Positions 12,302-25,601 are shown, counted from the first letter of the stretch. The stretch is DNA of 64,000 nt from Octopus vulgaris (GCA_951406725.2 OX597814.1:158100001-158164000), one strand, 5' to 3'. The notes: generated by a model not told the origin, from the letters alone. A program made the numbers and translations.

Positions 12302-13351
12302 ATTATTACAAATTTGGGATTTTACCAATAGGATCACAACTTCAATTCCAGGACAACCTTATTTTCTGGAGTACACATAGAAAGTTATATCCCAAATACT
12401 AATCTAATAATATAATCATTTTAAAGCCTACTATATCGTACAATAAAATAAATGACATAAGAATTAATGAAAAATTATTTCAATAAATATATATATATAT
12501 ATATGTATATATATACCTTACCCGTTATTAGTCTGTGGGGACAGAAGATAATATTAATCAACGCTACACGTGTTTCTGCGCTGGTGGTTTGTTGGATCCT
12601 ACTTAACCATACAAATTCAAAGATGTTTTCATTAAAAACAAGAATATATATATATATAACTTCCTAATATAATTTTACAAAACTTAAAAGATTTTAAATA
12701 TTAAATAAATTAAAAATTCATAAGAATTTAATAAAATTAAACACCTAAAAATATAATAACGATATATATATATATATATATATAGAATGGACTAAACATA
12801 AAGAAACTTTCATTGACTATTTTATAACCTCGTCAAATTAAACCACCTATCTATATAAACTTTGATAATTTTTTGTGAAATTTACCCCTATCAATACTTG
12901 TATATATTACCATTATTACAGTAAAAAACAGTAAAAAACCTCTACATATGTTATAAATGTATTGAATAAATCTAGTAAATGAAAATATCTACCGCAATTA
13001 ATAAAGGAAGAATAATTTATCTGCATGTTTACACTTTCTTTAACCTGTGCAAATGGCTGCACCTTCTGTCCTGCTGTAAGTATTATGAGAATAAAAATAC
13101 TACTCTAAACACAAAATATTCTTTAAGACTAATATAATTTGAAAGGTTGAATTCAAGGGGAGATAATTATAAGATACTCTTTAGGTATATTTGGATTTTT
13201 CTCGTGTTAAAGATTTAGAGATTTATTTTATTTAATATGTGGCCAGTATAATCCTTTTTAAAGTAATATTCTTTACATTTATTCTTGCTTTTTGGTATAT
13301 CCGTATCTAATACTATTATATTGTTCTATTAAAACTACTTTTAACTATATA

Positions 13352-13387
<36 letters not shown>

Positions 13388-13423
13388 TGTATGTATGTAT
13401 GTATGTATGTATGTATGTATGTA

Positions 13424-14698
13424 TTAGCAGTTAAGCCTGGTTTCACCCGGTCTGTTTGGATGATGTGGCTGAGATCGTTCGGTTAGGCATAATCTATAAC
13501 ACCGTTTCTCAACCTTATCATTTCGGGTCCCTTGTTTCGATTGGAGCTTCCAGCTGTATGAAAATTTATCTCCCCCACTCCTGCTTCAGGAGTTGTGAAG
13601 AAAGAATTTGTAAGTAGTTGTATCCGTAAAAAATTTATTTACAGAGAGCAGAAATTGAAAGAAGATATGTGAAATGGACGTGTGTGTGTGTGTGAGAGAG
13701 AGAGTGTGTGTGTATGTGTGTGTTTGTGTGTATGCGTGCGTTCGCCTGTGTATGTGAGAGAGAAAGAGAGATAGAGTGAGTGAGTGAAGGTGTGTGTCAC
13801 TGAGTTACGTTGGCTGGCACGGCGACTACGAAGCTTTTGATGCGGCAGATGGGATGATTTGAAAGATGTGAAGAAATGCCGTCTTTTCAGTGGAGCGCTT
13901 CTTTGTAGGCAACGTTTCTCGTTTTCCCTTCTGATGCACAAATGTATAGACTTTGTGGCCTGCCAACACGGGAGCATCCAACGTAAAGTTGACCGTGAGA
14001 GGAAACTTGCTCTGTGAGATTTAAACCAACCATTTGCAATGATTGAACCTGTGCCTTATTTCTTGTCATTGCAAAGGAGAGTTTGATAGGAAATTGAAGC
14101 TGCTTAAACTTGTAGATCGTACCGGAGGGAGTGAGGGATATTGGGGTTATAAGAACATCTTGACTAGCGCCTGGTCCATTCAAGATGGCTGAACTCAATG
14201 AAAAGATTCCCCATGGTTGAGCCACGACTAACATTGCAAGTTGGATTTTCCTGTTTGGTCAGGTCTAGTGGTGATTTGAAGGCTGAGTGTGCCGTACGAC
14301 CGCCATGCAGTAGAGTTGCCGCAATGCCGCTGGATGCAACCCCTATAGCAATCCGATTATCCTGGCGAATTTTGGCTAGCAGGAGGTTCATGAGAAAAGT
14401 TTTTTCCGGTTCTGTCGGGAGCATCCAATAAAGCAGAAATTGAAAGAAGATATATGAAATGGATGTGTGTGTGTGTATGTGTGTGCTTTTCCGGCTAATT
14501 TGACGGAATTTTGCAGTCAGTACGAGGTGGTTTGAGTTTATCTCTCGAGTCGAAGTGTTGTTAATTTGTCTGTTATAGCAATGCCCAGAAAAGTGAAAAT
14601 GTCTTCGTTTTTTACTCCATCGCCTGCAGTAAAAGGAGTCAAGAGCCCTTCTCCGTAAACAAATTTTACTTTTGTAATATAGGACTGGGTGGAAAGGA

Positions 14699-14748
<50 letters not shown>

Positions 14749-15061
14749 TGCGTGTGTGTGTGCTTGATGGGGTGTACGATATGGCCGAGAGAGTTAACTG
14801 AAATTTTGTTATTCACTTGTAGTGAGTGAATGTGTGAGAAAAGGAAAGAGAGTTTGTGTATGTTAGCGGGGAAATTCCATTAGAAAATGTTTTAATCGAT
14901 TTTCTTAGTAACTGTGGGGGCTAGAAAAGAAAATACAAAATGCATTCCAATCTATGTATCCGTCTTCACATGTGTGCCATTTTTCACACGAATCCACACT
15001 GCCGTTTGGCTTTGAACCTCAAGACAAGAAAGAATACAACGCTCGGCCATGGGCAATTTAT

Positions 15062-15062
<1 letters not shown>
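13424..15062 (-). mobile_element. Helitron-derived element carrying a deleted helicase
   Basis: Degenerate CTAG/hairpin end at 13424-13450. A direct repeat (agcagaaattgaaagaagatat.tgaaatgga) at about 13647 and 14432 brackets the helicase fragment. Confidence 0.65.
13887..14430 (-). pseudogene. Helitron RepHel Pif1-type helicase fragment with a large internal deletion
   Basis: KTFLMNLLLAKIR..VASSGIAATLLHGGRTAHSAFK (motifs I/Ia) is followed closely by QFPIKLSFAMTRNKAQVQSL..SHGQLYVGCSRV (motifs V/VI). Confidence 0.88.
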
Positions 15063-15377
<315 letters not shown>

Positions 15378-16219
15378 CAGAAAGGTAGATTGATAGATGC
15401 AATTGATTGTGCAAATGAAATTATGAGACACTGCTTTGAAGAATTTTTTTGTCGAACGGATCGACCTCAGTGCTATTATATATTTTGATAAGCCTAGTAC
15501 TTATTCTATCAGTCACTTCTTGTCAAACCAGTAAGTTACGGAGATGTAAATATACCAAAATCAGTTGTCAAGCAGTGATGAAGAAGAAACACAGACACAA
15601 AGACACACATACACTTAGATATATGCATATATATACGATGGATTTCTTTCAGTTTCTGTTTACCAAATCCGTTCAGAAGACTTTGTTTGATCTGAGGCCT
15701 TAGCAGAAGACACATAACAAGTTACCAGACAGTGGGACTGCTTTGGAACCAAGTTTCTTACCACTCAGCCACACCTGCACCTATATATCTGGATGTCTGG
15801 CATAGTTTGTCCGATGTTACAGATATCGGACGGGTATGTTTGATTCTTAGTATTTTCAAATCTAAATCAAAAGAAATCTCTGAGCTGATGAAGGAAAAGT
15901 GGCGTTTTACCCACAAATCCAGAAACAGACTGTCCTCGGGTATCGTATATGGATGTGATCTTTCATTGTTTTTCCCTTATTCCTATGTGAGTTATTTTTC
16001 TGAGTATACATTGTCTGGAGACTTTTATTTGCAGTTGAAGAAATAGCCAAGTTTTTGGCTGCTATTTCGGAAAAGTTCGGTGTGTGGTAAAGTGAATTCT
16101 TTTACTTTACCATATTTTTATAAATTAATACTTCAAATATACCGTAAATGGTCTTTACATACCGAATACTGCTTGGTCGAACTTATTAATAATTAATTGA
16201 TTCGACCCCCATTTTCTCA

Positions 16220-16261
<42 letters not shown>

Positions 16262-16267
<6 letters not shown>

Positions 16268-16430
16268 CATGCTTTAAATAAAAGCAGCAGAAATATAACA
16301 AAAGCTGTTACTTAGAGTTTCACATTCCCGTTCGTAAAATGGAACAGAAATAACGATAAAGCATATTACTCTATCTCTGGTATTTGAGTACTCTTTTTTC
16401 CACCTTGTTTCGTATTTATGTGCGTACTCC

Positions 16431-16482
<52 letters not shown>

Positions 16483-16851
16483 AATGGTTGTGTGGTAAGT
16501 AAGTTTCTTACTAACCAGATAGTTCTGGGTTCAGTCCCATTGCATGGCACCTTGGGCAAATGTCCTCTACTATAACCTCTATATGTATGTATGTATGTAT
16601 ACATATACATATGTAACATGTGCACACACACATATATATATATACACATATATACATTCATATGAATATTTATACATATACACATATTAATACCTTAATA
16701 TATATAAGGTGGAAAAAAGAGTACTCAAATACCAGAGATAGAGTAATATGCTTTATCTTTATTTCTGTTCCATTTTACGAACGGGAACGTGAAACTCTAA
16801 GTAACAGCTTTTGTTATATTTCTGATGCTTTTATTTAAAGCATGTTCATAT
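16262..16851. repeat. Inverted duplication (arms about 16262-16406 and 16706-16851) of a rearranged PLE pseudo-LTR fragment
   Basis: The arms are near-identical reverse complements. The sequence is related to 17794-17855 and 19910-19986. Confidence 0.8.
16481..16580 (+). mobile_element. tRNA-derived SINE head, truncated duplicate
   Basis: A-box-like tggttgtgtggtaag and B-box-like gggttcagtccc; near-identical to 16950-17050. Confidence 0.7.
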
Positions 16852-16949
16852 ATAAAATTATATAGAACAAAATTAAATATACGATAAAACATTTACCTAT
16901 AATTAAGTAAAGTACAAAATAATAAATAAATAGTATATATATATATATA

Positions 16950-17172
16950 GGAATGGTTGTGTGGTAAGTAAGTTTCTTACTAACCCAGATAGTTCTGGGT
17001 TCAGTCCCATTGCATGGCACCTTGCGCAAATGTCCTCTACTATAACCTCTGGCCGCCCAAAAGAGACCGATAGAATAAGTACAGCGTTTACAAAGAATAA
17101 GCCTTGGGGTCGATTAAATTGGTTGTCCAATATGACCGCAGACAAATAAATGAAACAAGTTAATAAATAAAG
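16950..17172 (+). mobile_element. tRNA-derived SINE
   Basis: Pol III box-like head, then gcacctt-g-gcaaatgtc-tctactata body and A-rich tail. Confidence 0.7.
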
Positions 17173-17408
17173 GAATGTATATATATATATATATATGTAT
17201 ATTTGAGTAGAAAAATGAAATATCTTTTTATGGATAATTCGTTTAACCGATACCTGTGTAGCAAATTCACATCAGAAATAACACGGTTGAAGTTACGTGC
17301 CTAGGGCAGAGACTACGTGTTTTCGTGTGGAAATTTGTGTCTAGTTTTATAAAATTTATGAATAAATGAAAGAATGGAGTTGAACGACAAATTAACAAAT
17401 TTCCTTTA

Positions 17409-17491
17409 TTTTCGACATATGTTTCGAAGGCAGCATATTCCTAATTGTGAATGAATAAGGAGTACATTATGCCGCTTTCTCATCAGGAAAA
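17409..17491 (-). ncRNA. Canonical type I hammerhead ribozyme with extended stem II (left arm)
   Basis: Reverse complement of 17584-17666, with one substitution in loop II. Confidence 0.88.
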
Positions 17492-17583
17492 ACAAGGAAT
17501 TTATGTCAACATCAAGATTCCCAAAAACTTTTAGATGACTGCTGTCACGGAGCAGAATCTTGATGTTGACATAAATTCCTTGT

Positions 17584-17666
17584 TTTTCCTGATGAGAAAG
17601 CGGCATAATGTACTCCTTATTCCTTCACAATTAGGAATATGCTGCCTTCGAAACATATGTCGAAAA
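17584..17666 (+). ncRNA. Canonical type I hammerhead ribozyme with extended stem II (right arm)
   Basis: TTTTC [CTGATGA] GAAAGCGGCATA ... TATGCTGCCTTC [GAAA] CATATG [TC] GAAAA. GUC cleavage triplet after 17661; palindromic ACATATGT stem III. Confidence 0.9.
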
Positions 17667-17733
17667 TAAAGGAAATTTGTTAATTTGCCGTTCAACTCCA
17701 TTCTTTCATTTATTCATAAATTTTATAAAAATA

Positions 17734-17794
<61 letters not shown>

Positions 17795-17826
17795 TTTATT
17801 TAAAGCAGCAGAAAATTCAACAATAT

Positions 17827-17864
17827 CTGTTACTCTGAGTTTCTCGTTGCCGTTCATCAGACAG
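17827..17864 (-). ncRNA. Minimal type I hammerhead ribozyme
   Basis: Minus strand: CTGT [CTGATGA] ACG-gcaa-CGA [GAAA] CTCAGAG [TA] ACAG. GUA triplet; weak stem II. Confidence 0.75.
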
Positions 17865-19099
17865 TTTTTGCTAGAATGGAACTGATATATCAATTCAATC
17901 CAGACTCTTACAAACGCTACACCTTTAAAAAAAATGGACTTGTTTGATTGGCTCTTTAGAAATAACGGTCAATCCTCGAGCGATAAACAAAAAAATGAGC
18001 TCAAAAATATATGTATATATATATTAAAAAATTAGAAAAATTAGAAAAATTATAAAATTCGAGGAAAAAACCTTACATTGAATAAAATACATATTGACGT
18101 TAATGAAGGAAATATAATTAATGCATGGAAATTAAAAGCATTATAAATATTACACTGCAATACATATTCATATTAAAGTGTACATATATATATCAACATA
18201 CACAGAAGGATGCGTGCAAACGCCATACATATACAGACGTATAAATATAAATCTAAAATATACACACAAATGCATGCATACATATATGTACGCAATCTGT
18301 CTCGCACGCAAGTTAAAATCATCGATGCTAATGTAGCGTTTCTTATTTACGGAGTAAAGCTTAAGTAATGGGGACGCAAAGTTGTATGTACCAGTATCAG
18401 TTAGAGAAAAAAACGAAAGAAAGGAAGAGAGAGAAAAAGGAACGAAGAAGGGGGAAGGAAAAAATAAAAGGAGGGGAGGGGTAAAAACGAAATAAGAAAA
18501 ATTAAGTATACAAGCTGTGTAACCGCGTTATTGACATATATAGAGACAAGTATAAAAATACACAAGTTCGAATGGATACATACACATACACTCGCGTATG
18601 TGTGTGCTTAAGCACAAACATACGCTCACTTACACAGACACAGAGACGTATGCTTACAAATACATATCCATGGCTATACACATATTTACATCAAAATTCT
18701 AATTTTTGACAACATTGCTTTTTAAAAAAGGTGAGTGCAATAATGAAAAATATACGAAAGACATATAAAAATATAACACCCTATGTTGGATCATCTATAA
18801 ATTAAAAATCAAGGTAATCCTATACAATACAATAACATGAAATAAACAAAGCCGAAGGTTTTTCCTAATGTATATGTAGAAATATAAACAAAATAAACAA
18901 AATATATGCATGAGACTTTGCTATACGGAATGAAATCTGCATAGCGCGTAACAAATCCATCGTCGCGTTTACATACTAGTCCAAGAGTCAAAATCAATAT
19001 TTCAAAAATACAAAATATATACTCTATCTATATGGTATATTTATATTTGACATTTTAAATTTGGTTGCGTGCCTACATAAGTTCATTAGCTCACTTCTT

Positions 19100-19680
19100 T
19101 GATTCAAAGAATTATTGTCTTTGAATAAAATATACAGTTTCTCTAATAGGCAAAGCTTGCATTAAAAATTATTTCTGTGTGCTCCATGCCTGTATGGTGC
19201 CGCTCTGTCCAGAATGCTCCATGTCACGTTGAAAGGTGGGGTTTCCTTTCCTTTTAGTTCCCAGACATATTTTGCTAGGCTGGTCCTCTTCCTATTCTCT
19301 GGGTATCTAAATGAATTTTTATGTGAATAAAATCGTGTTTTAAATGAATTTTCTGAAGCCCCTGTATATGTCTTGTATTCCGATGAGCCTTCTATTTGCA
19401 CCTTGGCTCTATAAACTACTCCTTTAACTAGACATTTCCCTTCTAACGGACACGAGTTTTCGTTTTTGAAATTGCATTTCTTAATGGGCTCGGCACCATG
19501 TCTAATCTCAATCAGATTCCTATTATGCTGGCTAATGTAAGAGGCGAAATTTCTGCAACAAGAATAGCTAACCTTCAGGGTTCTTCTATTAAATATCCTA
19601 TAGAATTTATGGCCCTGCTTAAAATGCTTAGAGACTAATCTCAAAAATTCCTTACCTATATTAGTCTTTACGGCCAAATT
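19100..19680 (-). pseudogene. PLE GIY-YIG endonuclease fragment
   Basis: CPLEGKCLVKGVVYRAKV..TYTGASENSFKTRFYSHKNSF..SLAKYVWELK; CKLCLLEK continues in frame after the stop. Confidence 0.85.
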
Positions 19681-19844
19681 GAAAGCCCATTCGTTTTTTC
19701 TCTAACTGATAATGGTACATACAACTTTACGTCCCCCTTACTTAAGCTTTACTCCGTAAATAAGAAACGCCACATTAGCATCGATGATTTTAACTTGCGT
19801 GCGAGATAGATTGCGTACATATATCGGTTCCATTTTAGCAAAAA

Positions 19845-19882
19845 TTGTCTGATGAACGGCAACGAGAAACTCAGAGTAACAG
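19845..19882 (+). ncRNA. Minimal type I hammerhead ribozyme (inverted copy)
   Basis: TTGT [CTGATGA] ACG-gcaa-CGA [GAAA] CTCAGAG [TA] ACAG. Confidence 0.75.
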
Positions 19883-20071
19883 ATATTGTTAAATTTTCTG
19901 CTGCTTTAAATAAAGCATATTTCTCTACCACTGGTATTTGAGTACTATTTTTTCCACCTTGTTTCACATTTATGTGTTTACTCCGGTATATATATATATA
20001 TACGTTACCTATTATGCGTATATATATCAAGTTTATATTTCTGTGCGTGCGCATGTGTTCATGCATGTATG

Positions 20072-20105
<34 letters not shown>

Positions 20106-20123
20106 TATATGTATGTATGTATG

Positions 20124-20194
<71 letters not shown>

Positions 20195-20204
20195 CTATAA
20201 AACA

Positions 20205-20720
20205 ATACTGGGAGGATAGAGACGGAACGAAGTGAAAATTCGAAAAGTCGAAAATTCGAACGAACCCGACGCGAGCGTTGTCAGACAATAGTGTAATAAA
20301 TAAAATATATGCATACATACAAACATATATGTACGTACCGACATCTACATGTATATATACATGCATATATAAATATATAGACGTACAGGACACCACAAAA
20401 AGTCGTAAAACTCAACAGAAACGAAAACGGAAAAGCCGTTTTGTTACAACAGACGAACGAGAACGAAAACAGGAAAAACATTAAGTACAACAGAAAAACG
20501 AGGTACAGGAGATGCTACACAAGGAAAAATCCCCTTCATCAGCTGTCACTAGCAGACATAGCGTGTTTCGAAGGCAAGACAGGACACGTCTGGTCATGCT
20601 AGGCCTTCCTACGAGAGAATTAAAATAAAATAATCTCGCAGAGGGGTAAAACAAGCAAGAAAAAATGTAACACAAAAAGGGACGTAACAAAGAACTGCAC
20701 AATAAAATACAAGAACAAAA
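20205..20720 (-). repeat. Interspersed repeat, same family as about 63430-64000 in the opposite orientation
   Basis: aggccttcctacgagagaattaaaataaaa (20601) is approximately the reverse complement of attttattttaattctctcgcaggaaggcc (63961). The class is not determined. Confidence 0.55.
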
Positions 20721-20724
20721 TACC

Positions 20725-23700
20725 AGTATTCAACCCAAGAATAACAATGGAGCGGTACGTACTTTAAACTTACAACAAAAAATGTACGGAAAGCTACACG
20801 TGCGAAATAATGTGACAACAGAAATGAACGGACCGATACCCTACGAAAATGACGACCGTCAAAATAATGGGCCGGGCGTTGTTCCTCATGTCCCGCAAAT
20901 AAAACCCAAAAGACATAAATGGACACGTGAGGAATACATTTCTATCTTACACGCATACTTCACAGCAGTGCTCTACCAAAAAAATGAAAAGACAACAACA
21001 CATACATATAAAATATGGAAGGAAAATAACATAAATATAGACTTGGATATAGCAATGAACCCTAATAAATTAGCTAACGTACGAAGATACATTCTCAAAG
21101 CAAAAGAAATATCAGAAATAGAAATAGAACATCTAAAAGAAACAATACACAAGGAAAATGTAGATAGAAGCCACACAACAATACCCAATAATATAAACAC
21201 TGAAATAGTAAAACACGAAGACAAACGAAACATTCCCAACAAACACGATGTAAACAACGAAGGGGAGCCTAATGATTATGATAATATAAAAAGTAAAATA
21301 ATCAAAGAACTGAAAACCACAGAGCTCAAAATGGCCCACCGACCATACCTCCCAAGAATCAAAATAGACGAAACAACAACACCAATTATAAACAGCATAA
21401 ACCTAACCGTCACTGAACTAATAGCCACTGAAACAAAAAGCGACATCACTGAGCTAAATGACTTAGTATACGCAGCAGCCACTGCAGCCACAGAAGAAGC
21501 TGGATACTCACTCAAACCCATCCAAACAGGAGTACCAACACCCAAACAAACCCTGTGGATAAATAACATCCAAAACAAAATACAAAAAATGAGAAAAGAT
21601 CTGTCGATTCTTAATGAAATCAGCAGACAATCAACGCTACTGAGCAACAAAAAGAAAACAAAAATACTCCGCAAATATAACATCACAGAAAAAGATTTAC
21701 CTGAGATAAAAGAAAAGCTGAAGCAAGATATCCTTGCCAAAGCACAAAGAATCCGCCGGTACGAGAACCGCCAGCGCTTCTTTGAACAAAACAAAAAGTT
21801 CAACTCCAGCCCCAAAAAGTTCTACCAAGAACTTGGCAAAAATAAAATAGAAATCACTGCAGCACCAACGGCAGAAGAAGTGGAAGAATTCTGGAGAGAA
21901 ATATGGTCGGCGAACGAACAACCAAAAGAAAGGAGTATCAAAATGACAAACTCGGCATCTGAACAACTTTGGATCACCATAACAACTGAAGAGGTCACCC
22001 AGGCACTGCAAAGACTAAGCAACTGGAAGGCACCTGGGCATGACAAGATCCCCAAATTCTGGTTGAAATATCTAACAGGAATGCACAAAAAGCTGGCTGA
22101 AAACTTTAACAACATGCTAGCAGAGCCAGAGACAATGCCTGAATGGCTCACGAAGGGGAAAACCATCTTAATTCCCAAATCAAATGAGACAGCAAAACCA
22201 GAAAACTACAGACCAATAACCTGTCTCCTTACAATGTTCAAGGCATTTACTGCAGTGATATCGCAAAGGTTGAACAAGCACCTGGACGAAAACAAACTGT
22301 TCCCAGAAGAGCAGAAAGGATGCCGCAAAGGCTCATATGGCTGTAAAGATCAACTAATGATTAATAAAGCCATAACTGAAGACAGCCACAGAAAGAAGAA
22401 AGGCCTCAGTATGGCCTGGATCGACTACAAAAAGGCGTTTGATAGCATCCCCCACACATGGATCCTCGAAACACTAGCCATTAACAAAGTAGCACCAACA
22501 ATCATAAAATTCATAGGGCACTCTATGAATAAATGGCAAACAGTCCTACACCTCCAAACAAAAGAGGGACTCATGAAAACCAAAGACATCCCCATTAGAA
22601 AAGGAATATTCCAAGGAGACACGCTCTCTCCACTCCTTTTCTGCTTGGCACTGTCACCCCTATATGATTTGCTAAATAGAACTAGATGTGGATATAAATG
22701 TTACGACAAAACGATCAGCCACCTTTTATATATGGATGACCTAAAACTATACGCTGCAAATGACAACAGCTGGAAACACTATTAAAGGCTGTTCATGGAT
22801 TTACCAAAGAAATTTGGATTAGAAAAATGCGCCAAAGTAACCATGAAAAGAGGAAAACTAGTGAAGAGTAGCAGCATCACACTAGATAAAACCAATGAAA
22901 TAAAAGAATTAGACCAAAGCCAAACTTACAAATACTTAGGAATCCATGAACTAGATAAGACACAACACACACAAATGAAAGAGAAAATAAAAAAAAGAAT
23001 ATTATAGACGAGTTAGATCAATACTAAAAACAGAGCTCAATGCTAAAAACAAGATAATAGGTATTAACACTTTAGCTGTCCCAGTTATAAGTTACAGCTA
23101 CAATATCCTTAACTGGACACTAAATGAACTGACCAAAAAAGATAGGAAAACAAGAAAAATAATGTCAGAATCTAGGATGCCTCACCCAAACTCTGACATA
23201 GAAAGAATATACATACAACGTATAGAAGGTGGTAGAGGCCTTATACAACTGGAAAACTACTATAAAATAACCACCATAGGATTGCAAAAATATCTACTTC
23301 AGAAGGAAGAAAAACTGATACAAATAGCGGCAAAACACGAGCAAAACAAAAAATTGTTGTCAGTATTTAAGGAAGCTGACAAATAAAAACAAGAAATCAT
23401 ACCACCTAATAAATATGAAGAAGAAGAAGAAGATGAAGAAACAACAAAAGCTATAAAACAAATGAAATCCAAACTAAAAATCGAACAGCAACGAACCATG
23501 ATAAAACGATGGCAAGAAAAGCGCCTTCATGGTAAATACTGCACTAAACTAAACGCAAAAGAAATAGACAAAGAAAAATCTCAGCAATGGTTGAGAAGCT
23601 CAGGACTCAAAGCAGAAACAGAGGGATTTTTAATTGCAGCACAAGACCAAAGCCTCCTCAACAGAAATTACCCAAAACATGTAATGAAAAGAAATATAAC

Positions 23701-24374
23701 AAGTAACTGCAGAATATGTGGAGATGGACAAGAAACAATAAATCATATTATCTCTAGCTGCCCAGTCCTGGCTAAGAAGGAATATATTCACAGACATGAC
23801 AGAGTTGGAACCTACATACACTGGAAGCTATGCCAACATTATGGAATAACAACAGAAGAAAGATGGTATAGGCACACACCAGAAAATGTCACAGAAAACG
23901 AGAAAGCAGCCATACTCTGGGATATGCCGATACACACAGATAGAGAAATTAAGGCCAACAGACCAGATATAGTTGTCAAAGATCATGAAGAAAAAAATGC
24001 TTTCTAATTGATGTATCAATACCGGCTGATGACAACGTGTCTCTAAAAGAAATGGAGAAACTCTCAAAATACAAAGACCTGGAAATAGAGGTAGCCAGAA
24101 TGTGAAATCTAAAGACAGAAACAATTCCTATCATAGTAGGTGCATTAGGCATGATAAAAAAATATTCAGACAAATACATAACAAAAACACCAGGACTTAC
24201 AAACACATATAACATACAGAAAATTGCACTCACTAGGCACTGCACACATCCTACGCAGAACACTTTCCATACAATAACCATCAGAGCATCACAACAAATC
24301 ACAGCACATACCCAAGGCACACAGAGCTGCGCTCGGTAGTAAAGTGATAGCACGCTATAAAAATAAAACTACTG

Positions 24375-24376
<2 letters not shown>
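20725..24376 (+). mobile_element. Near full-length Dong/R4-like non-LTR retrotransposon (RT + CCHC + REL endonuclease), disrupted
   Basis: KAPGHD, YRPITCL, IDYKKAFDS, GIFQGDTLSP, YMDD; CRICG..ETINHIISSC, RHD, RPDIV. Frameshifts or stops near 22770, 22990, 23385, 24000 and 24103. (TAA)n tail. Confidence 0.93.
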
Positions 24377-24597
<221 letters not shown>

Positions 24598-24599
24598 TA

Positions 24600-25477
24600 G
24601 GGTTTCTTCATAGCCAACAAGAGAGAAGAAACCCTATTCCATATGGAATTACATGGTAAGTTCCACCGTGAAACCAACAAATTAAAAGACCAGGAAGCAT
24701 CATAGAGGTGACTTAACAAGGGTGACCAAAAAAGGATAGTAAAAGCCTAATCATCGCTACCCAGTATCAGGCATTAAATACCAATTCAACGAAAAATAAC
24801 ATATAACAAACAAGCGCATCGGACCTTTGCAGCATTGTGGGAAGAGGGTCGAAAATGGGAAACACATTTTTAGTATTTGTGAAAGACTTGCCCAGGAAGG
24901 GTACTAGCGTTGACACTACAAAGTAGCCCCAAACCTCCACTGGCCACTATGCCGTAAGTATGGATATGAGGTTACTGAGGTTAAGGGTCTTCATACCAAC
25001 ATACACCGGAAAAGCAATGGACGAAAAAAGGGAAGGCAAATCTCCTCTGGGACATTTCCAGATAAGCAATGTGTTAGAGCAGCGAAGGCTAGATAGAGTA
25101 ATATTTAGGTGGGACAACCAAGAGTGTCTAATAGTCGACGTAGCAGTGCCAGGAGATCAACGTATCATGAAAGAAAGAGAAACAGTTGATAAATATGGCG
25201 ACCTGAAAACTGAGATACGAACATAAAGGTTATCCCTATTGTTATCGGAGCATTAGGTTCAATACCATCTAATCTGAAAAAACATCTGAAAACTTTAGAG
25301 ATACCCTACAATCTAGATGTATTGCTAAAGTCGGCACTATTTGGAACTTCATGCATATTGCGTGAAGTACTGTCTGCCTGAAGCCCTTGTTGTAAATTGA
25401 CGGATAGTGCAAACTCCCCAGTAGACACAATATAATCAATCAACCACCTCACGATATGTTATACTGTGCGACATATA
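24600..25477 (+). mobile_element. Older, decayed 3' fragment of a Dong/R4-like element
   Basis: LHGKF, IIATQYQA, ECLIVDVAVPGD, VIPIVIGALG motifs in broken frames; followed by (TAA)n. Confidence 0.75.
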
Positions 25478-25507
25478 TAATAATAATAATAATAATAATA
25501 ATGATAA

Positions 25508-25599
<92 letters not shown>

Positions 25600-25601
<2 letters not shown>

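Larger units (their letters stand above)
17345..17730. mobile_element. 386-bp fold-back element with two hammerhead ribozymes and no ORF
   Basis: 176-bp arms at 17345-17520 and 17555-17730, 2 mismatches seen, 34-nt spacer, followed by (TA)n. Confidence 0.88.
17790..19986 (-). mobile_element. Second PLE family: 5'-truncated element with an inverted pseudo-LTR copy at its 5' end
   Basis: GIY-YIG ORF on - strand. 19690-19825 mirrors about 18280-18415 and 19820-19918 mirrors about 17793-17890. Flanked by (TA)n. Confidence 0.85.

Noticed and set aside
16481-16545. tRNA gene
   Set aside because: Only A/B-box-like remnants with no cloverleaf; it continues into SINE body.
17886-18282. Segment missing from the inverted pseudo-LTR copy as a spliced intron (GT..AG on - strand)
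   Set aside because: The copy retains the putative acceptor trinucleotide; the ATATAT microhomology explains the junction better.
20530-20575. Minus-strand CTGATGAAGG and CCTTCGAAAC as a permuted hammerhead
   Set aside because: I could not build consistent stems I and III around the cores.
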